A stretch of 64,000 bases of DNA, from the NCBI GenBank assembly GCA_964568885.1, contig CAZMSF010000001.1:5217-69216 (forward strand), read 5' to 3'. The notes beneath the pieces were generated by a model that had not been told where the DNA came from, ran no database searches, and was given only the letters and a program-made list of their open reading frames with translations. This document shows positions 57,130 to 64,000 of this stretch, piece by piece. The first letter of the stretch is position 1. The number at the start of each line of letters is the position of its first letter. Made by a program: the position numbers and the translations under genes. The stretch comes from an uncultured Gammaproteobacteria bacterium (GTDB lineage Bacteria; Patescibacteriota; Microgenomatia; Levybacterales; GWA1-39-11).

Positions 57130-57203
57130 TGATATTTGTAGCGTATATATTCATATACGCTGGTTGTTTAAAAACGCTATTAGCGTAGTTCAGGCTCTGC
57201 CTA

Positions 57204-57377
57204 TGCAGAGACTGAATCGTATGCGTCTTTAGAAACAAATCGGGTCAGATTTCTTCCGTCAGAGGTTTTTCCCTTTACAGCGTATTTTGTCTGTCCTTTA
57301 ACTTGGTATGTGGTTTTTTCGGTAACTTCTGCCTCGATTTTGCTTCTTGTTTTTACATCGTAGAATTGCATCTTCAT
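57204..57377 (-). CDS. Unannotated 58-aa basic small protein (MKMQFYDVKTRSKIEAEVTEKTTYQVKGQTKYAVKGKTSDGRNLTRFVSKDAYDSVSA) heading the zur operon
   Basis: Strong SD AAGGAGGTGA 8 nt before ATG; below the 60-aa cutoff of the ORF track; followed by two hairpins. Confidence 0.5.
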
Positions 57378-57732
57378 ATTTTAAGTCACCTCCTTTACGA
57401 GTAAGATAGTTCAATTTAAGAATTTTAAACTGAAATACGTTCAAATAGCAAAAATTTGAACTTAATTAGGTTCAAATTTAATGCTCTTGAGCGTACCTTA
57501 CTAATATGCACGTTCAAAGTCCGTTTGTCAAGTACTATTTGAACCTAATTTGGAATATTGATATATTGTGTACTATTCTGAGATACTGCCGGTTGTGCTT
57601 GTGTTTGAGTTTGGCGGAAGGTAAAATAGATGGACGAAAGTGAACTGCGTTCTCTCTTCGGGGTGTAAGCCTCGCTTTAATAATAATATAAATAAAGCTC
57701 GGCTTGGCTCCCCGAAAAATGTAGTACATTTT

Positions 57733-57807
57733 TCGGGGTGTAGCTCAGTTGGATTAGAGCGCGCGCTTTGGGAGCGTGAGGTCGGAGGTTCAAGTCCTCT
57801 CACCCCG
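57733..57807 (+). tRNA. tRNA-Pro: tRNA-Pro (anticodon TGG)
   Basis: Acceptor CGGGGTG/CACCCCG, D-arm GCTCAGTTGGATTAGAGC, anticodon loop TTTGGGA, T-arm GGAGGTTCAAGTCCTCT. Confidence 0.85.
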
Positions 57808-57884
57808 ACAAAATTCAGAATCTCCGACAGGTCGGATTGTGCAAGCACAGTTTCACTGCCAAGTCCTCTCACCCCGACAAAATT
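57791..57884 (+). repeat. 24-nt exact direct repeat of the tRNA-Pro 3' end (AAGTCCTCTCACCCCGACAAAATT) separated by a 46-nt two-hairpin spacer
   Basis: Copies at 57791-57814 and 57861-57884; spacer has CCGACAGGTCGG and TGTGCAAGCACA hairpins. Confidence 0.7.
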
Positions 57885-57920
57885 TTTCTACCGAGAATTT
57901 TGCCTTTCAAAACTAACCTA

Positions 57921-58418
57921 CTAGAATATTAATAAAAACTTTTTCTCTCCAACAGATAGGGGGTACCCCTCAAATTTAGGGTAGTCTGATCCATCAACAA
58001 CCCCCTGAACTTCAAGACCTAATGCAGCTGCCGAACGCACATACGAACTTACGCTCAAACCGAGGCTATTAGAAGCAGCTTCAACAGCATTATATTCTAC
58101 GAAAGGCAATAGTAAATTGAAGCGAGATCTAGGCTCAGGTTTTCCGAATTTTCCTAATAGACCGGTGGTATCTATAACTACATCGCCGGCTCTTAAAGTG
58201 GTGTCCTTACCGTCTCTGGCCTCCTCTGCCGTCTGTTTATCAACCATTTCTTTCATTTTTAAATATGAACGTAAAAGTGAAATTGTAGTTGAAGAATTTT
58301 GCTGCGCTTTTCCATTCAAGGCATCCAACATTTGAGGACTAAAAACAATATTTACTCTTTTAACATATTGTTCTGCAGCTTGAATATGCCCTTCAGAGTC
58401 ATGTCTCATAGTATGCAT
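57921..58418 (-). CDS. Hypothetical protein with two ribbon-helix-helix-like segments
   Basis: VNIVFSPQMLDALNGKA and GLSVSSYVRSAAALG resemble RHH/CopG-type motifs; weak. Confidence 0.3.
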   Translation of the reverse strand: MHTMRHDSEGHIQAAEQYVKRVNIVFSPQMLDALNGKAQQNSSTTISLLRSYLKMKEMVDKQTAEEARDGKDTTLRAGDVVIDTTGLLGKFGKPEPRSRFNLLLPFVEYNAVEAASNSLGLSVSSYVRSAAALGLEVQGVVDGSDYPKFEGYPLSVGEKKFLLIF

Positions 58419-58529
58419 TATATAAAGAAAAAAATTAATGTCAATTCAGAGCAATTTTGCTACTACTTGACACAGTTTAAAAAAAGTGACTAAACTGATA
58501 GTTGATAGCAACGAAAGGAGGTGATAGAT

Positions 58530-58748
58530 ATGAAGAAACTTCCTATGATTGCATGGTGGCTCGCCATAATCGGCGCCCTGAACTGGCTTTTAGTTGGACT
58601 TGGTTCAGCTATGGGCAATACGAATTGGAACGTAGTAAAACTTATCCTTGGTAGTTGGCCCGGACTTGAGAATTTAGTATATATTCTCGTCGGACTTTCA
58701 GGTCTTTGGCTACTTTGGAATGAGCTTATGGGCTCAAAAAAGAAATAA
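58530..58748 (+). CDS. DUF378-family small membrane protein
   Basis: AIIGALNWLLVGL motif; SD AAAGGAGGTGA before ATG at 58530. Confidence 0.65.
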   Translation: MKKLPMIAWWLAIIGALNWLLVGLGSAMGNTNWNVVKLILGSWPGLENLVYILVGLSGLWLLWNELMGSKKK

Positions 58749-58904
58749 CTACTGCCCGCAGATATTATTGACGCCCTATCCTAGGCCTAAAGTTCATTAT
58801 TTCATTTGTTTCTTTTGGAGGATAAGGCAAGCAATAAATATAGAGGTATTATTCGCCTGAACAGGTTGTTTAGGGTTTTTTGCTTTGATATAATACCTCT
58901 ATTC

Positions 58905-58975
58905 GCGGGATTAGTTTACCGGTAAAACATCAGATTTCCAATCTGAGGTAACGAGTTCGATTCTCGTATCCCGCT
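58905..58975 (+). tRNA. tRNA-Gly: tRNA-Gly (anticodon TCC)
   Basis: Acceptor GCGGGAT/ATCCCGC, anticodon stem TCAGA/TCTGA with loop TTTCCAA, T-arm ACGAGTTCGATTCTCGT; TATAAT 10 nt upstream. Confidence 0.85.
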
Positions 58976-58979
58976 CATA

Positions 58980-59609
58980 ATGAGCAAAGCTAAAGCTCCT
59001 CAGTCCTCCAAAGAAATTGCCAATTTTCTTTTTGAGGTCGGAATATTATCAAAAACCCCGAGAAGTGGATTTTATTTTCTTGGAAGCGGCGAACAGAGCG
59101 TAGCAGAACATATTCACAGGACAGTCTATATAGGATTTGTCTTGGCCTCGATGTCAAAGGGTGTTGACGTACTGAAGGTTCTTAAAATGTGTCTTTTTCA
59201 CGACTTGGCTGAAGCACGGACAAGTGACCTTAATTACGTTCACCAGAAATATGCAGCTTCAGATGAGGAAAGCGCAATTCACGATCTTACTTCAACCCTT
59301 CCCTTCGGAGACGACATGTTAGAAACACTTGAAGAATTTCAAAAAAGGGAAAGTGCGGAGGCTATTCTTGCGAAAGATTCGGACAACATCGAGTGGATAC
59401 TTTCACTTCGGGAAGAGGAAGATACCGGAAATTCACGGGCTGCCTCATGGATACCCTCGGCAGTAAAAAGGCTGAAAACTGACGCCGCGAAAGAATTGGC
59501 TACGCAAATACTGAGCACGAAATCTGACGAATGGTGGTTTTCCGACAAAGACAATGACTGGTGGGTAAACCGTGCCCAAACGAAAAAAATTACAAGCAAA
59601 AGGTACTAA
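58980..59609 (+). CDS. HD-domain phosphohydrolase (YfbR-like 5'-deoxynucleotidase family)
   Basis: H...HD...D metal-binding pattern (AEHIHRT...LFHDLAEARTSD). Confidence 0.7.
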   Translation: MSKAKAPQSSKEIANFLFEVGILSKTPRSGFYFLGSGEQSVAEHIHRTVYIGFVLASMSKGVDVLKVLKMCLFHDLAEARTSDLNYVHQKYAASDEESAIHDLTSTLPFGDDMLETLEEFQKRESAEAILAKDSDNIEWILSLREEEDTGNSRAASWIPSAVKRLKTDAAKELATQILSTKSDEWWFSDKDNDWWVNRAQTKKITSKRY

Positions 59610-59636
59610 CGAAGTCTCTTGTAATGCCATTTTAGT

Positions 59637-61106
59637 TTGCATACAATAGGACACATGGAAGGGTCTTCCCAAACACGCAATATCCCGACAGTATTCATCG
59701 TTTTCGGAGCAACGGGAGACTTGATGGCAAAGAAAATCGCCCCTGCCCTCTTCAGCCTTTATCTTGGCGGCAAATTTCCGAAACTTTTTAAAATAATCGG
59801 AGTCTCCAGACGCCAAATCGATGCGAGGGCGTTTCAAGAACATGTAAAAAACATTCTTTCCAATTCCCTTTCCAAAAAAGCTAAAAGTGAAGACATTGAA
59901 TCGTTCCTTAATTTTTTTATGTACCAACAGGGCGACTTTGAGCAAGTTGATTTATACAATACGCTCGCTTCCGACTTGGGACGCATCGATGGAGAATGGA
60001 AAGCGTGCTCGAATAAACTCTTTTACCTGGCAGTACCACCGAAAAATTACCGCTCAATTTTTGAACATCTCAAAACTTCCGGTCTTACTATTCCTTGCGG
60101 TCCGGACGAAGGCTGGACTCGGGTTATTGTTGAAAAGCCTTTCGGCAAGAACGCACAAAGCGCACAAGATTTGGATATTACTCTTGGAAATTTGTTCCGT
60201 GAAGAACAGATATTCCGGATTGACCACTACCTTGGAAAGGACATACTGCAAAACATTCTTTCTTTCAGATTCAATAACGACCTGTTTGAGGACTCCTGGA
60301 ACCGTGACCAAATAGAGAGGATAGATATTAAGTTCTTGGAAAGCGAAGGAATTGAGGGGAGGTCAACTTTTTACGACGGCGTCGGGGCTTTAAGAGACGT
60401 AGGTCAAAATCATATGCTTCAGATGCTGGCATTTGTGACCATGGAAAAACCCTGGAGCTATACGGCGGAGGATGTAAGAAACCAAAGAGTTGAAATATTA
60501 CAGAAATTAAAACCTTTATCCGAAGAGCAAATAGAAAAAATGACCTTTAGAGGTCAATACGCCGGATATAAAAAGACCGAGGGTGTCGATAATATATCTA
60601 CTACCGAAACCTACTTCAAAGTCGTTGCATATCTTAATGGTGAACGATGGGAAGGGGTACCTATTGTTCTTGAGGCAGGAAAGGCCGTCTCTCAAAAAAA
60701 GGAAATAATCGTCACTTTCAAACACAAAGAGCCATGTTTATGTCCTCCAGGCACTCACTACAAAAATAGAATTCTTTTTACCTTAGAACCCAAAGAAGGT
60801 ATAACAATAGAATTCTGGTCCAAAAAACCCGGTCTAGAGTTCTCAATGGAACGGCAAAAACTTGCATTTCTTTTCCGGGACCAGAGAAAACGGGTTCAGT
60901 ACGTTGAAGAGTACGAAAAGCTGTTGCTTGATTGTATCTCGGGAAACCAGCTTCTTTTTGTCTCAACGGAAGAGGTACAGGCGATGTGGAATTTCATAGA
61001 CCCTATCGTAAGCTCGTGGGAGCATAACCGCGTTCCTCTTATTGAATATCCCAAGAGAAACGCTAAAATATTACAGGAGTCGATGGTTGTAGAAAAATCT
61101 TTATGA
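59637..61106 (+). CDS. zwf: Glucose-6-phosphate 1-dehydrogenase
   Basis: NADP site FGATGDLAKKK-like, active-site RIDHYLGKD, conserved C-terminal domain. Confidence 0.85.
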   Translation: MHTIGHMEGSSQTRNIPTVFIVFGATGDLMAKKIAPALFSLYLGGKFPKLFKIIGVSRRQIDARAFQEHVKNILSNSLSKKAKSEDIESFLNFFMYQQGDFEQVDLYNTLASDLGRIDGEWKACSNKLFYLAVPPKNYRSIFEHLKTSGLTIPCGPDEGWTRVIVEKPFGKNAQSAQDLDITLGNLFREEQIFRIDHYLGKDILQNILSFRFNNDLFEDSWNRDQIERIDIKFLESEGIEGRSTFYDGVGALRDVGQNHMLQMLAFVTMEKPWSYTAEDVRNQRVEILQKLKPLSEEQIEKMTFRGQYAGYKKTEGVDNISTTETYFKVVAYLNGERWEGVPIVLEAGKAVSQKKEIIVTFKHKEPCLCPPGTHYKNRILFTLEPKEGITIEFWSKKPGLEFSMERQKLAFLFRDQRKRVQYVEEYEKLLLDCISGNQLLFVSTEEVQAMWNFIDPIVSSWEHNRVPLIEYPKRNAKILQESMVVEKSL

Positions 61107-62032
61107 GTATGAAAAAAGTCGTAGGAATTATAGGTCTTGGCCGCATGGGCGGCGGGCTCGCACAAAATCTTTTGGACAGCAAATGGAAAGTCGTAGGCTA
61201 CAACCGCACAGAAGCGGTAACCCGCGAACTTGAAAAGGTAGGGCTTATCGGAACATATTCCTATAATGACCTCGTTGCACTCCTCCCACAACCCCGCGTT
61301 GTTGTTCTTATGCTGACGGCAGACGGTGCCAATGACGAGGTCCTTTTCGGAAGAAATGGTCTTTCTGACCTTCTTGAAAAGGGAGACATCGTAATAGATG
61401 GAGGCAATTCATACTACAAACTCGCGGTTGAACGGGGTAAGAAACTAGCCAAAAAGGGCATCAAATTCGTTGACGCAGGAATTTCGGGTGGACCGGGTGG
61501 AGCCCGCAATGGGGCATGCTGCATGGTCGGTGGCGATTCTGAAACTTTTGGGTATATTGAGAATTTATTTAAAGATGTTTCTATTCCTGACGGGTATATG
61601 CATTTTGAGGGTATTGGGGCCGGGCACTTCGTCAAAATGGTACATAATGGCATCGAATACGGCATGATGCAGTCAATTGCAGAAGGATTTGAAATTATGA
61701 AAAAATCCCCGTTCAACCTAAATCTTATTGATGTTGCTGAAATTTACCAGCATGGAAGTGTTGTGACGTCACGTCTTGTGGGATGGCTCCAAGATGCGTT
61801 AAAGGCCTACGGGCAGGATTTGGAAGAGGTTTCAGGCTCTGTGGGGTACACCGGTGAGGGAGAATGGACGGCAAAGACTGCACATGAATTCAAAGTTCCT
61901 GCCGAAATCATAGAAAAAAGCTTTGAATTCAGGGTTAAATCACAAAAAAAACCAAGCTATACGGGCAGACTTTTGACAGGTATGAGAAATATGTTCGGTC
62001 ACCACTCTATCGAAAAGGGTAAAATGACTTAG
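61103..62032 (+). CDS. gnd: 6-phosphogluconate dehydrogenase, short (about 300 aa, YqeC-type) decarboxylating form
   Basis: Rossmann IGLGRMGGGLAQNL, 6PGDH catalytic region (GHFVKMVHNGIEYG); overlaps zwf stop. Confidence 0.8.
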   Translation: MSMKKVVGIIGLGRMGGGLAQNLLDSKWKVVGYNRTEAVTRELEKVGLIGTYSYNDLVALLPQPRVVVLMLTADGANDEVLFGRNGLSDLLEKGDIVIDGGNSYYKLAVERGKKLAKKGIKFVDAGISGGPGGARNGACCMVGGDSETFGYIENLFKDVSIPDGYMHFEGIGAGHFVKMVHNGIEYGMMQSIAEGFEIMKKSPFNLNLIDVAEIYQHGSVVTSRLVGWLQDALKAYGQDLEEVSGSVGYTGEGEWTAKTAHEFKVPAEIIEKSFEFRVKSQKKPSYTGRLLTGMRNMFGHHSIEKGKMT

Positions 62033-62037
62033 AACGA

Positions 62038-62691
62038 TTGCATCACATGACCGCTGTAATTTTTGACATGAACGGCGTCATAATAGACGACGAGCGCATC
62101 CATCAACAATCCTGGAAAGTTTACTGCAAGAATCACGGTTTCCATATAACAGAAGAAGAATTCAAGAAGAAAGTGTTCGGAAGAACAGAGAAGGATACCT
62201 TTGAATATCTCTACAATCGAAAGATTTCAAAAAAAGAGCTGGAAGAATTTTCAAATGAGCGGGTTGATACTGCTATTGAAATATTTAAACCTGTAATGAA
62301 GATGACTCCGGGTTTAAAAAAGCTACTCAAACTGCTTTCGGACAACAATATTCCTATGGCTGTTGCTACTAGCTCACGGCCACGGTATGTCCATTTTATT
62401 ATGGAATCTTTTAATATACGCCCTTTTTTCAAGGTAATTTTAACAGCCGAGGATATAGTTAAAGGAAAGCCTGACCCCGAAATATATCAAAAGTCGGCGG
62501 AAAAGTTGGGAGTTTCTCCTCATGAATGTGTTGTTATCGAAGATACTTTGTCGGGAATTACCTCGGCAAAAGCTGCAGAGATGAAGGTCATCGGCATAGC
62601 CACTACTCACTCCAAAGAAGAGTTAAAGAGTGCTAACAAGGTTGTGGATTCATTTAATGAAATTACGCTGAGCTTTTTGAATTTTCTATAG
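62038..62691 (+). CDS. HAD-superfamily hydrolase (beta-phosphoglucomutase-like)
   Basis: Motif I FDMNGVIID, motif II ATSS, motif III K, motif IV EDTLSG. Confidence 0.75.
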   Translation: MHHMTAVIFDMNGVIIDDERIHQQSWKVYCKNHGFHITEEEFKKKVFGRTEKDTFEYLYNRKISKKELEEFSNERVDTAIEIFKPVMKMTPGLKKLLKLLSDNNIPMAVATSSRPRYVHFIMESFNIRPFFKVILTAEDIVKGKPDPEIYQKSAEKLGVSPHECVVIEDTLSGITSAKAAEMKVIGIATTHSKEELKSANKVVDSFNEITLSFLNFL

Positions 62692-62699
62692 AGAATTCT

Positions 62700-63245
62700 T
62701 TACTGAGTTGGCGAAAGCAGTGCCCAATTATGTGAAACTTCGGGCACACTGCACATATTGCGGTTAAAACAACACGGTCTTCTCATTCCGCGGTTAAGCT
62801 TATCAAGCATAACGTCCAAATGTTTTTTGCGGGTTTCTTCGCTCTTTACTGCTCTCACCCACCGTATCCAGTCCCATCGTGCACTAGGCGTTATATCATC
62901 CCAAATTTCTTTCGCCTTTGAAGATGACTTTAAAGCTTTTTCAACATCCCCGGGAACGTCCGGCTCTACCCATTCTTTGGTCGGTTCGAGCTCTATATTT
63001 ACAATGTCTCCCACTTTAATATTCGCTTGTTCCAGTAATTTATCCGAGGGTCTGAACCAGTGGCTCGGTTTTTTTCCGCTTCCATATACCCCGTCCGGCT
63101 CAAGGAGAGCTTTGAATGGGATATTATTAATCGTTCCTGCGACCATCAACATGCTGCGAGTGGGAAGCTTTGCACTTTCACCGGGAGGAAGATGGAGAAT
63201 TGTCCAATCATTAATTTCAAATAATTTTGTTTTGAAATGTATCAT
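62700..63245 (-). CDS. DUF1905 plus YdeI/OmpD-associated domain protein
   Basis: N-terminal DUF1905-like beta region and C-terminal W-rich (WDWIRWV) YdeI-like segment. Confidence 0.45.
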   Translation of the reverse strand: MIHFKTKLFEINDWTILHLPPGESAKLPTRSMLMVAGTINNIPFKALLEPDGVYGSGKKPSHWFRPSDKLLEQANIKVGDIVNIELEPTKEWVEPDVPGDVEKALKSSSKAKEIWDDITPSARWDWIRWVRAVKSEETRKKHLDVMLDKLNRGMRRPCCFNRNMCSVPEVSHNWALLSPTQ

Positions 63246-63314
63246 GTGTGTCGTACGGACCTATTATAGCAATTTACCCCGAAAAGATAGTGCGCCATCT
63301 TCCACTTTGAAAAA

Positions 63315-63698
63315 CTATTTATTAGAAGAAAATTCAATTATCCATTCTATGCCGTATTTATCTCTAAACATACCCATATATGACCCCATGCCATCGTTCA
63401 TAGGCACTTCTACGCTGCCTCCGGACGATAGGCCGTTAAATATTTTTTCTGCTTCTTCTTTACTCTCCGTACTAACTGCAATTTTACTTCTGTTCTCATT
63501 CTCATTTACTTGTCCCATTCCTTCCGGAACATTATTTGCGATCAGCATATTCTCCTTGCCAATAGGTAACTTAATGAACATCATCTCGCCGTTATCATTT
63601 AGTACTTTTCTGATATCTCCACCGAAAACCGATTGATAAAAATCAAATGCTTCTTCTGCATTCCCGTTAAAGTTAATCCAAGGATTTATTGTAACCAT
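63315..63698 (-). CDS. VOC-family protein (glyoxalase/bleomycin-resistance fold, PhnB-like)
   Basis: MVTINPWINFNGNAEEAFDFYQSVFGG typical PhnB/VOC N-terminus. Confidence 0.65.
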   Translation of the reverse strand: MVTINPWINFNGNAEEAFDFYQSVFGGDIRKVLNDNGEMMFIKLPIGKENMLIANNVPEGMGQVNENENRSKIAVSTESKEEAEKIFNGLSSGGSVEVPMNDGMGSYMGMFRDKYGIEWIIEFSSNK

Positions 63699-63721
63699 AG
63701 TTTAATAATGACAAATTTTAT

Positions 63722-63796
63722 GGGTGGAAGACGGGTGCCGCCCCCGCGACCTCAGGTTCCACAAACCTGCGCTCTACTGTTGAGCTACATCCACCG
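63722..63796 (-). tRNA. tRNA-His?: tRNA-His-like (anticodon GTG, G-1:C73) with atypical D-loop (no GG) and T-loop (GGCGGCA)
   Basis: Extra 5' G pairing with C73, acceptor GTGGATG/CTTCCAC (one mismatch), anticodon stem CAGGT/ACCTG with loop TTGTGGA, encoded CCA-like end. Confidence 0.45.
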
Positions 63797-63867
63797 AAAA
63801 ATGAAATTTTTTGGTGGCATGCAAGACAAATTTTAATTTGGCTTACATCCACCTAATCAATTTCTTG

Positions 63868-63940
63868 CGCCCTCGAAGGGACTCGAACCCCCAACCTAAT
63901 CGTTAGAACCGATGTGCTCTATCCATTGAGCTACGAGGGC
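63868..63940 (-). tRNA. tRNA-Arg: tRNA-Arg (anticodon TCT)
   Basis: Acceptor GCCCTCG/CGAGGGC, D-arm GCTCAATGGATAGAGC, anticodon loop GTTCTAA, T-arm GGGGGTTCGAGTCCCTT. Confidence 0.8.
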
Positions 63941-63953
63941 AACTCTTTTGAAT

Positions 63954-63983
63954 GCCCTTGCAAGCTTTTGCTTACGAGGGCAT
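63954..63983. repeat. Palindromic element copy (GCCCTTGCAAGCTTTTGCTTACGAGGGC) upstream of tRNA-Arg whose 3' arm duplicates the tRNA 5' end (TACGAGGGCA)
   Basis: TACGAGGGCA at 63974-63983 equals 63932-63941 (tRNA 5' end, plus-strand reading). Confidence 0.45.
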
Positions 63984-64000
63984 ACTCGTCCCATCAGTTT

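Noticed and set aside
57733-58418. Integrated prophage or ICE at tRNA-Pro (att-like 24-nt duplication plus nearby RHH-like gene), and at the excisionase-family HTH gene at 43781
   Set aside because: No integrase, recombinase, phage structural or conjugation genes anywhere in the window. The duplicated tRNA end encloses only 46 nt, and the HTH gene heads a glycosyltransferase operon.

Overview
This is a 64 kb low-GC (about 38-45%) bacterial chromosomal window, probably from a small-genome Patescibacteria/CPR-like or Gram-positive-like organism. It is densely coding, with about 75 protein genes and 7 tRNA or tRNA-like genes (Leu-TAA, Ala-GGC, Pro-TGG, Gly-TCC, Arg-TCT, plus two non-canonical ones with Gln-TTG and His-GTG anticodon arms).

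Content in order along the window:
- 4-8200: a cell-wall and housekeeping block with a PBP1A C-terminal fragment, a class A beta-lactamase-like serine hydrolase, a PQQ sugar dehydrogenase, MsrB and a YtxH protein.
- 8055-9014: the Obg GTPase.
- 9056-14035: an OmpR/histidine-kinase two-component system (TCS) followed by a MacA-MacB-FtsX-type ABC efflux module.
- 15277-18055: an extracytoplasmic flavinylation module (secreted FMN-bind protein with an SGAS motif, ApbE, and a membrane RnfD/NqrB-like plus FNR-like oxidoreductase fusion).
- 18393-22323: alanine racemase, a polysaccharide deacetylase and a P1B-type heavy-metal ATPase.
- 24353-27312: a minus-strand operon of OmpR response regulator, cytoplasmic GAF histidine kinase and an uncharacterised P-loop NTPase.
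- 27694-29649: a general-stress-protein islet (YflT-like, CsbD, REC, YeaQ).
- 29753-30942: a sortase with an LASTG-motif surface protein.
- 31005-43990: a 13 kb minus-strand envelope glycosylation cluster. It holds a fused Dpm1-like plus processive (QxxRW) GT2, a fused Wzx-like flippase plus GT4, GT2, GT4, two GT-C-like polytopic proteins, a methyltransferase, a deacetylase, a glycoside hydrolase and an HTH gene.
- 44177-50962: an XRE/DUF2178 pair, a DipZ-like CcdA-thioredoxin fusion, MurF, an RRM/RGG RNA-binding protein and a DacA-like carboxypeptidase.
- 52756-53955: RarA.
- 54296-57377: a cupredoxin, then a Zur-type operon (small protein, Zur, ZIP transporter, M10 metalloprotease).
- 59637-62691: Zwf, short-form Gnd and a HAD hydrolase.

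The most unusual non-coding signal is at the tRNA genes. They are flanked by exact or degenerate copies of their own 5' or 3' ends: a 26-nt repeat upstream of tRNA-Ala, two tandem roughly 60-nt 3'-half-like units downstream of it, and a 24-nt exact copy of the tRNA-Pro 3' end 70 nt downstream. A short imperfect palindromic element (core GCAAGCTTTGCTTAC) recurs at at least six loci, at tRNA flanks and at convergent gene ends. Each copy sits next to a local duplication of the adjacent gene or tRNA terminus. This looks like an undescribed miniature tRNA/terminator-targeting repeat system. All calls rest on reading the sequence and protein motifs by eye; no database searches were possible.
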